From NCBI GenBank assembly GCA_964514965.1, contig CAZETV010000001.1, positions 1 through 32,000 of the forward strand: 32,000 nt of DNA, read 5' to 3'. Below, in pieces: positions 16,838 through 29,740 of the stretch. The translations under genes were made by a program, and so were the position numbers. Positions within the stretch are counted from its first letter, which is position 1. Every line of letters begins with the position of its first letter. Source of the DNA: Candidatus Hadarchaeota archaeon. Lineage in GTDB: Archaea > Hadarchaeota > Hadarchaeia > Hadarchaeales > Hadarchaeaceae. The notes beneath the pieces were generated by a model that saw nothing but the letters and a program-made list of their open reading frames with translations, did no database searches and had not been told where the DNA came from.

Positions 16838-18115
16838 CTAAACCGTGTAACTGATATCTGCCCCTAATCCTTGAAAAGTTGAGATGAAGCGAGAGCACGA
16901 GTTCCTGAGTGCTGTGTCCCCATTTTTTATCTTTATTTCACTTTCGGCGAGAAGTCCCGCCACGACCAAAGCTGCAACGATTGCGTAATCCTCGTGTCCA
17001 TCAACCTCGCACCCTTTGAGCTTGGTTGTCCCTTGGATAAGTAAGCCGTCGTGACGTTCGAGTACCTTTGCTCCCATCCGGCGAAGCTCTCGAGATATGG
17101 CTGAAACGCGATCTGATTTCATAGTTCTTGCCTCACCAGCATTCCACAGCAGCGTTTTACCCTTGGCTTTACATGCGAGCACGGCAATTATCGGCAGAAG
17201 TTCCGGCACATCGACAAGATTTAATTTGGCGGCACGGGGTTTTTGTGTGCCTTCTACGACGAAACTTTTTTTGGATTTTTTCATTCTTAAGCCCGCTGTT
17301 TTCAAGACCTCTAAAAATGCAATGTCTCGGCCAACCACGCTTTTTACGCCGCAAAGTTTGATTTTAGAATCGGTCATTGCAGTAGCAACAATGAAAGCTG
17401 CTGCCGCTGCTAGTTCTTGTGGTACTCTAAAGTTGAACGCATGATAAGGTCTATTTGGTATTATCATCTTCTTTCCCCTTGTGCTAACTTCAACATCAGC
17501 TTTTTTCATCAGTTCGAGGATGGAATCAAGCTGGGAATTTTGGGGGCTTTGTTTGAAGGAAAGTTCTGCCCGTTTTTCTGCATATGGGCAGGGCAGAAGA
17601 AGGGCAGGCAGATATCGCGCATTTACCGCGCCGAGTTGCACCGCTCCGCCTTTGAGTTTCCCGCCGAAAATGACGAATGGGGGGCTGTTGTCTTGTTTCG
17701 TTGAATGGACATCTGCGCCTAGGCGGTGAAGTGACCTTAGCAGCACTGGCATCGAGCGCGACCGTAGTTGAGTGTCACCATTAAGCACTGTTATCATGGG
17801 GGCTAGTGCTGCAATCGATGTAAGCAGATTTAGCGCGGTTCCCGAGTTCTTCGCGTCGATGACATTTTGGGCGGGTTTCAAACTACCGTCGACTCCCCAG
17901 ATGGACCAATGGTCTTGTGTTCGCTTTATCGTGGCACCCATTGCTTCAATGGCTTGCAGTATCACGTATGAATCCTTCACGCGGAGCGGATGCTCGATCA
18001 CGCTCTTACCTCCAGCGAACAAAGCCAATGCGCTGGCGAATTGAGTGTGCAGTTTAGATGGCTGTGGCTCGATTTCACCAGAGAGCCTTGCTACTGGTCG
18101 GACGATTATGTCCAC
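16838..18115 (-). CDS. EPSP-synthase-like protein (AroA fold) with degenerate active-site motifs
   Basis: LSGEIEPQPSKLHTQFASALALFAGGKSVIEH, NSGTALNLL, LRSRSMPVLLRSLHRLGA, MKSDRVSAISRELRRMGA align to the AroA family. Many catalytic positions are substituted, so no symbol is assigned. Confidence 0.85.
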   Translation of the reverse strand: MDIIVRPVARLSGEIEPQPSKLHTQFASALALFAGGKSVIEHPLRVKDSYVILQAIEAMGATIKRTQDHWSIWGVDGSLKPAQNVIDAKNSGTALNLLTSIAALAPMITVLNGDTQLRSRSMPVLLRSLHRLGADVHSTKQDNSPPFVIFGGKLKGGAVQLGAVNARYLPALLLPCPYAEKRAELSFKQSPQNSQLDSILELMKKADVEVSTRGKKMIIPNRPYHAFNFRVPQELAAAAAFIVATAMTDSKIKLCGVKSVVGRDIAFLEVLKTAGLRMKKSKKSFVVEGTQKPRAAKLNLVDVPELLPIIAVLACKAKGKTLLWNAGEARTMKSDRVSAISRELRRMGAKVLERHDGLLIQGTTKLKGCEVDGHEDYAIVAALVVAGLLAESEIKIKNGDTALRNSCSRFISTFQGLGADISYTV

Positions 18116-19263
18116 GCGCTTCGCCTCAGCTTGATGATTTTAACCTTCGGGACAACTGACTCTATGAGGGCGTTGATGTTTAGGTCTTCTTCGATTTGAC
18201 ACACTTCCTCGATTTTTGTGGTGGTGGGTCGGGATGATGAAGGATGTATATTTGCCGCGTGCTTGGATGGATCAAAAATTTCATTCTGACGAGCGATTTT
18301 TTTGACGTCGTTTTTGAGCATTCCCGCAAGGGGTCTGAAGATTGGTAACTCACAAGCATCGTCTATTAAGCTGAGGTTTTTCACCCCTTCTTTGGCAATT
18401 TGTTGTAAATCTTCATCTGTCACGATTGCCGTTCCGCCCACTTGTCCGGCGATAATCCCGGCTGCCCGAACCATTGCTCGCTTGCAAAGTAAGTTTGATA
18501 AGTTCTTTGCTGTTCCTTCGGTTATTGTACGGAGAATTTTATCATAAGGGAAGATTCGCAGCTTGAGATTAGGGTGAAAATCCGCAAGCCTTCTCGCCGC
18601 ACTGACTGTAAGTTTTAGTGCTTGACCGTCGGCATGAGGTTGAGGATCAAAAAATATAGGATAGAGTATGCAGCCACGCTTCATCGTGGAGTAGGAGGAG
18701 ACTGCGCTGTTCAGGCTTCCAGAGAAAAGTGCGACCACGCGGCCTTGGGTGCCCACAGGTAGTCCGCCAACTCCATTCACGATTTTTGTGAAAACGTAGG
18801 CATCAGTTCCGCGAATCTCGACAGATATCCTGTGTTTGGGATTCGAGAGGCTCACACGGACGCCCTTCACTTCGGCTAGGACGGCAGAACCAGCATTCAC
18901 ATTTATATCTCTACTGTAGAACGGATGTTTCCCAACCCTTGAGGTCCGAATGGCAAAGGTCATCCCCGGAGAGAGTATCTTCTTTGCTTCCCTCACCACA
19001 ACTGAGATAATCGAATCGATTGTCGCGTTTGTCCTAAACGATGGACTAACGGAAGTTATGCCCGGAATCTTGGCTAGTCGCTTTGTCGCGACGTTTGGTC
19101 TACTGGTGTCGATAAATATTCTACCTCGTTCTCTCTGGAGTTCGTAATCTAAACCTTCAAGGGACAATTTGATATTCTCGATTAACTGCCGTTCGAACCG
19201 TCTGCGTACGGGTTCGCTCTTTAGCGCTATTTCGCCATAGCGTACGATGATAGTTCTCGTCAT
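18106..19263 (-). CDS. ThiI-like protein (NFLD-THUMP-PP-loop) with degenerate PP-loop
   Basis: VRYGEIALKSEPVRRRFE, THUMP region, FSGSLNSAVSSYSTMKRG in place of SGGxDSPVA. Confidence 0.85.
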   Translation of the reverse strand: MTRTIIVRYGEIALKSEPVRRRFERQLIENIKLSLEGLDYELQRERGRIFIDTSRPNVATKRLAKIPGITSVSPSFRTNATIDSIISVVVREAKKILSPGMTFAIRTSRVGKHPFYSRDINVNAGSAVLAEVKGVRVSLSNPKHRISVEIRGTDAYVFTKIVNGVGGLPVGTQGRVVALFSGSLNSAVSSYSTMKRGCILYPIFFDPQPHADGQALKLTVSAARRLADFHPNLKLRIFPYDKILRTITEGTAKNLSNLLCKRAMVRAAGIIAGQVGGTAIVTDEDLQQIAKEGVKNLSLIDDACELPIFRPLAGMLKNDVKKIARQNEIFDPSKHAANIHPSSSRPTTTKIEEVCQIEEDLNINALIESVVPKVKIIKLRRSAWT

Positions 19264-19329
19264 AGTACCGAATAGTCCTATAGGTGAGGTAATTAAAAAA
19301 GTAAAAAAAGTCGTCAGCTATTCCCGCCG

Positions 19330-19872
19330 TCAGCGCCATTTAAGAAGTTTGGTTATTTTTACAGCTGCCGTTTTAATATCATTCATGCTTTTCGCGCCAG
19401 CGCAGACACCTTTCCCCGACACGAAGAGGAGCACCACTACTTGGGGTTCGTTTAGTCTAAATACAAGCCCAGGGAATACTTCTGGTTCATATTCCGTGTT
19501 TTCGAATGTTCGTGCAATTCGCTCAAGGTCAAACTCTCGCCCAAAATCGAAGGATGCGACGATGTTTTGAACTTTGACTGTTGGTTCTGATTTCACTTTG
19601 ACGCCGGACCTTCGGAGTTTTTGTGTCAGCTTCTTTATCGCAAGTTTCGCATCTTGCATACTTTTGGCACCAACGCAGTTCATCTTGCCGGACGCGAATA
19701 TTAAGAAAGATGCGGGTGGATCCCCTGACTTATAAGCTATCCCTGGAAAAACCTCTGGGTCATAACGTGCTCCTTCAAGAGATTTAGCCAATTTTTCGAG
19801 GTCGAATTCAACGCCACTATAAGTCACCGAAAGTACAATATTTTGAACTTGTGTTTTTACCTTGACCATCAA
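19330..19872 (-). CDS. tbp: TATA-box-binding protein
   Basis: Two direct TBP repeats: VQNIVASFDFGREFDLERIA...YEPEVFPGLVFRL...SGKGVCAGAKS and the more diverged first repeat. Confidence 0.95.
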   Translation of the reverse strand: MMVKVKTQVQNIVLSVTYSGVEFDLEKLAKSLEGARYDPEVFPGIAYKSGDPPASFLIFASGKMNCVGAKSMQDAKLAIKKLTQKLRRSGVKVKSEPTVKVQNIVASFDFGREFDLERIARTFENTEYEPEVFPGLVFRLNEPQVVVLLFVSGKGVCAGAKSMNDIKTAAVKITKLLKWR

Positions 19873-20028
19873 GTCAGCCTCAAGCTAATTCCGTGCACTC
19901 GCATAAAAAGCTTGAGTCCTAAACTTTTATACTTGAGCCCGTCATCTTGTGATTTCGTCATGTTGGAATCTTGAAAAAAGGGCAACAGAGATAATATTAT
20001 TATTTTGGAGTTAAGTGTACAAAAAAAC

Positions 20029-20556
20029 TCAGCAGCTATATTTTTTAGCTAGTTTCGCGTAATTTTCAGCTTGTATGCGAATGCGCTTGAATTCATCATC
20101 AGTGAGCACGCGGAGCGGTCTAGCAGGAATTCCAACCATGATTGTGCGCGGCGGCACTTTCACATCGTGAATCACGACCGCGCCGAGTCCTACGAGTGAT
20201 CCTTTCCCAACTTTAGCCCCATTGAAGACAATAGATCCAGCACCCACAATACAATTATCCTCGATGGTACACCCATGCAATAGTGCGTTGTGTCCGACGA
20301 GGACATAGCTGCCAATCTTGACGGGTAAATACCTTGCTTTCTTCTCCCCGTAAGTGTCGGCTAGGTGCACCACGGCATTGTCTTGTATGCAAGTATATCG
20401 ACCGATTCTGATGCGGCCAAAATCAGCCCGCACGACAGCTCCCGGCCACACGCTTGAGTGCTCTCCCAAAGTTACATCGCCGATAACCGTGGCGGTAGGG
20501 TGAACAAAAGCAGTTTTGTGGATGCGGGGTCGTTTTCCGCCAAATTCCACTATCAT
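20029..20556 (-). CDS. gamma-carbonic-anhydrase-like hexapeptide-repeat protein
   Basis: Left-handed beta-helix repeats; CIQDNAVVH, VGHNALLHGC supply the three metal His. Confidence 0.88.
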   Translation of the reverse strand: MIVEFGGKRPRIHKTAFVHPTATVIGDVTLGEHSSVWPGAVVRADFGRIRIGRYTCIQDNAVVHLADTYGEKKARYLPVKIGSYVLVGHNALLHGCTIEDNCIVGAGSIVFNGAKVGKGSLVGLGAVVIHDVKVPPRTIMVGIPARPLRVLTDDEFKRIRIQAENYAKLAKKYSC

Positions 20557-20558
20557 AT

Positions 20559-20783
20559 CTATGCGCTCACTTGCTCGGCCTTCTTGCTATAGACGAGCAC
20601 AATGTCGCCAATCGCCATGACGCTGTTGTATGGGATAGAAATCGTTTTTCCTTCCTTGTGTCCGAAGACAAAGCCTACTACTTTGCCCTCTTTATCATCA
20701 ATTATCGCATCTTCAATTGTTCCAATAAAGTGAGCTCGATCGCTGTAAATGTGCGTACCGTAAATTTCGGACAATTTTTTCAT
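20559..20783 (-). CDS. PRC-barrel domain protein
   Basis: GTIEDAIIDDKEGKVVGFVFG...ISIPYNSVMAIGDIVLV. Confidence 0.85.
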   Translation of the reverse strand: MKKLSEIYGTHIYSDRAHFIGTIEDAIIDDKEGKVVGFVFGHKEGKTISIPYNSVMAIGDIVLVYSKKAEQVSA

Positions 20784-21066
20784 CTGGGCACCTCGCCATT
20801 TAATTTACGCCAGAGGTTTTTAGTCCTTTCGATGGGTTAAAACACGTGTTAATAAATGGAACTTCCATCTCGGTATTGAATCGCCTGAGTAAGTTTTAAG
20901 TAGGGACAGGGCCAAATTTAGTATAATCCACACCGCGGTGTGAACGGCGTCGATCGGAATAAGGGGCTAGTGCGTATAGTCCCGTGATGAGAGATCGTCT
21001 TCTTGGTGTGGATTCAGCAATGTGGATCCGAACAAACCAGGTCACTGGAGAGCTCGGGTCCGAGAT

Positions 21067-21079
21067 AGGTTCGGTACCT
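21067..21079 (+). promoter_or_regulatory. 5' arm of 16S pre-rRNA processing stem
   Basis: AGGTTCGGTACCT pairs with GGGTGCCGAACCT at 22601-22613 (13 bp including two G-U pairs). Confidence 0.7.
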
Positions 21080-21110
21080 AAGCCAATTTCGAGGTTTTGT
21101 GGCTGATTTA

Positions 21111-22592
<1,482 letters not shown>

Positions 22593-22600
22593 GATATTTT

Positions 22601-22621
22601 GGGTGCCGAACCTCTTTTTTT
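22601..22621 (+). terminator. 3' arm of 16S processing stem followed directly by a T7 tract
   Basis: GGGTGCCGAACCTC TTTTTTT; pairs with 21067-21079. Confidence 0.6.
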
Positions 22622-22664
22622 AAAATAAATTAAAACAAAATTTTTGGGCCCGGCCCCATTTGAA

Positions 22665-23848
22665 TTATCTTCGTATTAGAACAATCGCTGCGACGATAGC
22701 AACGATTACCACAACTAAAATGCCCACTATTAACCATGGGAACTCAGAAGGAGCTTCGTACCCATATACAATGTTAGGCTGCGTTTCACCAGCCAAAACC
22801 GTATTGAGCGCTTCAGCCGCGTTACTACCGGACCAAGTGTAAGTGTTGTTGTCCGGTGTAGAGTAACCCTGAGGCAGCCGCTCACAGACGCATTTTCTGG
22901 AACCTTCAAAGTGAAGTTGGTGTTGTATTGTCCGAACGATTCATCAAAGCTTGTCTGGACAATTTCTGGCAACTCAAGGCCCCACTGCACTTGACCATCG
23001 ATCACCGGCAGTTTGAAGTATCCATCGAGCGTCAGCTCCATCGTCGTCGTGGTGTCTTCAGTGGTGAGATTTATCTCAATGGTGGCTTCGACAGATTCGC
23101 TGTTAACATCTATACTCATGTTTGTAAACGATCCGAATATATTGATTGATGCATCTACAGTTATCGGCAATTCATTGAGCAGCGTCTGATATTCGAACAC
23201 GCTTCCGGAAAGAGTAGTGGTCAAACCCACTTCTATTGTGGGTTCGTTCCATGAAAACTTTGTACATCTGAGTTCTTCGATTACTATGTTTTCTTCTGTA
23301 GTCGTTGGTACTATTCCAGAAAGAAGCTCAGAGAGAGATTGTCCTTCAAGCCCATATGATCCGATAAAGCTATTGATCATCTCGGCGTTCACCGTGTTAA
23401 TGTAATCAGTTATCTGAGCTAGTAGGGATCCGGAGAGTGTCGCGCTTGCATCCACATCTAATTTGAGCCGTCCAGAGCTCGGAGACGAGATATTAAGTCC
23501 CAAGCTTCCGCTGGTTATTGGAAGCTCGCCCAATCCCATATTTTCCAATTGCGTCTCAGCGCTGGCCATAACGTGACAGCGTGCATCAGGGAGCAGTTCT
23601 AGGGAGATATCCACATCCATGTTATCGAAGGATGGTAATCCGGGTAACTGTCCATCTGTTTCCTCGGTGGATTGTATTTCTGGTAGCTGTTGTGCTTTAA
23701 CGCTGGCCGTCGATATCATTAGAACTACTATCACACACAACGAAAGGCCAATAAACAACCTTTTGATTTTTTCACCCACTTTTTTTTGTTTGTGTGCCGA
23801 TTTAAATATGTAGTAAATGAGATTTGTAGTAGTTTTTCTCTTCCGCAA
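22665..23848 (-). CDS. secreted/membrane-anchored hypothetical protein; frame interrupted near 22893-22896
   Basis: N-terminal signal-like RLFIGLSLCVIVVLMISTASVKAQ. After the break the -1 frame reads CVCERLPQGYSTPDNNTYTWSGSNAAEALNTVLAGETQPNIVYGYEAPSEFPWLIVGILVVVIVAIVAAIVLIRR*, a C-terminal TM anchor ending at 22665. A GTG start near 23779 is also possible. Confidence 0.65.
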
Positions 23849-23882
23849 ATCTTATTGGACTACCCACCGACTTTAACCGTGA

Positions 23883-23969
23883 GGGCCTGTAGCTCAGTGG
23901 TAGAGCGTCGGCTTTGCATGCATTAACCAAAATAGCCGAAGGTCGCGGGTTCGAGTCCCGTCAGGTCCA
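23883..23969 (+). tRNA. tRNA-Ala(UGC) with a 15-nt intron at 23919-23933
   Basis: Cloverleaf: GGGCCTG/CAGGTCC acceptor, GCTC/GAGC D-stem, TCGGC/GCCGA anticodon stem, GCGGG/CCCGT T-stem. Removing TGCATTAACCAAAAT gives a normal 72-nt tRNA with loop TTTGCAA. Confidence 0.93.
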
Positions 23970-24141
23970 CTCCAGCTATTTTAAGAAAATCTATGACGGA
24001 AAAATCTTGCAATCTTGCTCTCACCAAAAGTATAATTTTTTGCTGTTGGGCGGTGTTGAAATATTCTGGTAGTAGTTCAAAAATCAGTTTGAGAAAAACG
24101 ATATTAAAATACCAATATAATGTTAAAGTTGGGTGAAGGGG

Positions 24142-24402
24142 ATGGCTGGTGCGTTGGCTGCTTTTAAGAAACGGGCTTACTTGCTTGTAGAAGTTGAACC
24201 TGGAAATGAAGCAAGTCTCATACGTCAACTTGAGAAAATGGAAAACATAACCAATGTTGATTTCGTGCACGGGGAATACGATGTTGTTTGTGTCTTAGAG
24301 GGAAAATATCAGGACATAGATAAAACGATAGTTGAGGTCAGAAAACTTCCGCATATTCGTAAAACAACGACCTTAACAGCATTTGACACTCATCTAGAGT
24401 GA
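24142..24402 (+). CDS. stand-alone Lrp/AsnC ligand-binding (RAM) domain protein
   Basis: AYLLVEVEPGNEASLIRQLEKMENITNVDFVHGEYDVVCVLEG...LTAFDTHLE; alternative GTG start at 24133. Confidence 0.8.
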   Translation: MAGALAAFKKRAYLLVEVEPGNEASLIRQLEKMENITNVDFVHGEYDVVCVLEGKYQDIDKTIVEVRKLPHIRKTTTLTAFDTHLE

Positions 24403-24774
24403 TTCCTTAATGTGCTTAACATCGACAGACTAACGGCAATCGCGTGGTCAATAATAGCTCTACCAAGCTGCAACGGCAGACAACAACTATGCGAAAACTG
24501 GGACGATATCCTGCAACAATCGGTTGGGTAACTGTTCACGGTTAAATTATTGATTTTTGGAATGGGTTGTAACGTCGGGCAACTCCATTTTCGTTTATTT
24601 ACATGGCTCGAAAGCAATTTCTTGGTCACAGAAGCATTAGTAAGTTCAAATTCAAAAATTACAAAGGGTTTTTAACCAGGCTGCTAAAGTATAGTATGCT
24701 GAGATGCGGCTGGCGAAGACGTCTCGTCAGTTAAGGGCGAAAGCTGACATATGTTTTCTTGTCAGTGATGATTG

Positions 24775-24794
24775 CCATGCATAGGTCGCGCCCA
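24775..24794 (+). promoter_or_regulatory. 5' arm of 23S pre-rRNA processing stem
   Basis: CCATGCATAGGTCGCGCCCA pairs with TGGGCGC-A-GACCTATGCATGG at 27882-27902 (20 bp, one bulged A); an inner helix follows (24800-24810 with 27868-27878). Confidence 0.8.
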
Positions 24795-24816
24795 TAGTGC
24801 TAGCTGGGTGCAAAAG

Positions 24817-27864
<3,048 letters not shown>

Positions 27865-27881
27865 ATGTACCCAGTTAGTGT

Positions 27882-27902
27882 TGGGCGCAGACCTATGCAT
27901 GG
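27882..27902 (+). promoter_or_regulatory. 3' arm of 23S pre-rRNA processing stem
   Basis: Complementary to 24775-24794; followed by a T-rich tract (27906-27912). Confidence 0.8.
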
Positions 27903-27983
27903 TACTTTTTTTATGGAAATTAAAATTCAAAAAGTTTCAATTTACACTACAAAAGTAAATAAAGGCCTGCTGGAACTAGAAAT

Positions 27984-28160
27984 TTATGGAAAGCTTATTG
28001 CGCTGTTAGGACAGGCAGCCTCGCATGCTCGGCACTCGATGCAGTCGTCTGGGCGTGCGATCACAGCTTTCCCATCAACTATCTCAATAACATTCACCGG
28101 GCAGACCTCGACGCAGGCAGCCACGCCCTTGCATGTTTTAGTGTCGACAGTTGGTGGCAA
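27984..28160 (-). CDS. 58-aa ferredoxin-like protein (absent from ORF track)
   Basis: Direct translation from TTG: MPPTVDTKTCKGVAACVEVCPVNVIEIVDGKAVIARPDDCIECRACEAACPNSAISFP*. GAGG RBS lies in the 3' end of rps17e. Confidence 0.85.
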   Translation of the reverse strand: MPPTVDTKTCKGVAACVEVCPVNVIEIVDGKAVIARPDDCIECRACEAACPNSAISFP

Positions 28161-28162
28161 GT

Positions 28163-28357
28163 TTATACCTCTTCTTTCTGTTTTAGTAAGTTACCTATAT
28201 ATCCTGCTATTCGGTTGCGGAGGGACTTGCTCTTTAGGTTCGCGAGTTCGTCAAGCGCAATACAATTTTGCCTGAAATCGGTCGAGAATTTGTCGGAGTA
28301 ACGCTTGATTAATTCTCTTGCAGCGCGCTTGATATACGTTGATCTCACTCGTCCCAT
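28163..28357 (-). CDS. rps17e: ribosomal protein S17e
   Basis: MGRVRSTYIKRAARELIKRYSDKF...SKSLRNRIAGYIGNLLK. Confidence 0.93.
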   Translation of the reverse strand: MGRVRSTYIKRAARELIKRYSDKFSTDFRQNCIALDELANLKSKSLRNRIAGYIGNLLKQKEEV

Positions 28358-28411
28358 GTTATTCCCCTGCTCGCTTGGCTTTGTCGGCCTGTCTAAAAAA
28401 GCTTTCTCGAG

Positions 28412-29740
28412 CTAGTTGACGCCCCTTGCTACGCGCAGCGCGAGCTTCGCCACCTCAATAGGAGAACTCCCCAGTAGCCTTATCATTGCTTCCTTCCCGG
28501 CGGCGCCTCGGTCAAAAATTACTTGGGGTACTTTTTCAATTTTTTTGATTGCTTGCTCAGTTCCCCATACCATTGTCTTGGCGTCGCGAGGTTCTCTCTT
28601 TCGACCGAATTCGCTCACGCTTAGTCTGAGTTTTTTACATGCGCGTAAGATTTCTTCGGAAAACCGAACGTTCAGACCAGCTCTAATCCTACGATCGTGA
28701 CGCATCGCGGTGAGTACAAAGTTCGCGACGTGTTCAGAGCCACCGAGTTTGGGGAAACCAGTCAGACGCGCATGGTCACCGACCTTCACGATTCTACCCT
28801 CGAGCCCGACTACATCCGAGGTTTTCTCAGCGCCGGGCAGGGCCATCACGATGTTCGAGCCAACCTCTGGCAGGAGCTTTACGAACTCGGGATCTTCTGC
28901 CAGGAGCTGGGTGGCTTGCCACACTTCTTCCAGCGCACGGCCCTTTTCCGCGCTCACTAATAACGCTGCCATTTGATTGACCAGCGTGACGCCTTTCCCG
29001 ACTTTCAATCTATTTTCAATTGCGCCCTTGATGAATTCTCTTGCGTCGGAGGTCGCTTCGTATAAATTGGCTCCTTTCGAAAGTTCCGCCGTTATTGCGG
29101 ATGCTAACGAGCAACCCGTGCCATGTATCAGCTGGCTAGTAACTCGTGAATCTTTGAACTCCCTAAATTTTCCATTGATGTAAAGCACATCAACGATTTC
29201 TCGCCCTTTCAGATGCCCTCCCTTGACGAGGACAGCTTTTGGACCTAGCTTGGAGGTTGCGTGAGCAGCTTTCCGCATGTCTGCTTTTGACCTAATTTTG
29301 AATCCAGCGAGCCTCTCGGCTTCGGGCACGTTTGGAGTGACGAGTTCCGCGCGCGCCAGTAACTTGATAAGCGCTTCGAGAGCATCCTCGCGCAGAAGCG
29401 GAGCATCGGTGGTAGAAACCATTACTGGATCGACGACGAGACGAAGTCTATATCGCTTCGCCCCAGCCTCCACGGCCCGAATGATATCCGCATTGCTCAG
29501 CATTCCCGTTTTCGCCCACTCGACCTCGAAGTCGCGCATGACGGTGTCGAGCTGCTGAGTTACGAAATCTGGGGGCAATTCGAAGGTAGCGTCGACGCCC
29601 AGCGTGTTTTGCGCTGTAATTGCGGTCACGACGCAGAGCCCATGGATACCCAAAGCTGCAAATGTTTTAAGGTCAGCTTGGGCCCCAGCCCCGCCACCCG
29701 AGTCCGAACCCGCAATGGTGAGGGCGCATGGCACTTTCAT
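28412..29740 (-). CDS. thiDN: bifunctional HMP(-P) kinase / thiamine-phosphate synthase ThiD-ThiN
   Basis: [49 protein letters not shown] (ThiD) followed by the ThiN domain [29 protein letters not shown]. Confidence 0.93.
   Translation of the reverse strand: MKVPCALTIAGSDSGGGAGAQADLKTFAALGIHGLCVVTAITAQNTLGVDATFELPPDFVTQQLDTVMRDFEVEWAKTGMLSNADIIRAVEAGAKRYRLRLVVDPVMVSTTDAPLLREDALEALIKLLARAELVTPNVPEAERLAGFKIRSKADMRKAAHATSKLGPKAVLVKGGHLKGREIVDVLYINGKFREFKDSRVTSQLIHGTGCSLASAITAELSKGANLYEATSDAREFIKGAIENRLKVGKGVTLVNQMAALLVSAEKGRALEEVWQATQLLAEDPEFVKLLPEVGSNIVMALPGAEKTSDVVGLEGRIVKVGDHARLTGFPKLGGSEHVANFVLTAMRHDRRIRAGLNVRFSEEILRACKKLRLSVSEFGRKREPRDAKTMVWGTEQAIKKIEKVPQVIFDRGAAGKEAMIRLLGSSPIEVAKLALRVARGVN

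Noticed and set aside
20994-21060. C/D box sRNA-like GTGATGA in the 16S leader (and a similar GTGATGA near 24765)
   Set aside because: No correctly spaced D/D'/C' set could be assembled; treated as pre-rRNA leader sequence.
24390-24629. 79-aa minus-strand ORF upstream of 23S
   Set aside because: Low-complexity composition, overlaps the end of the Lrp-like gene, no RBS seen; more likely leader/promoter DNA.
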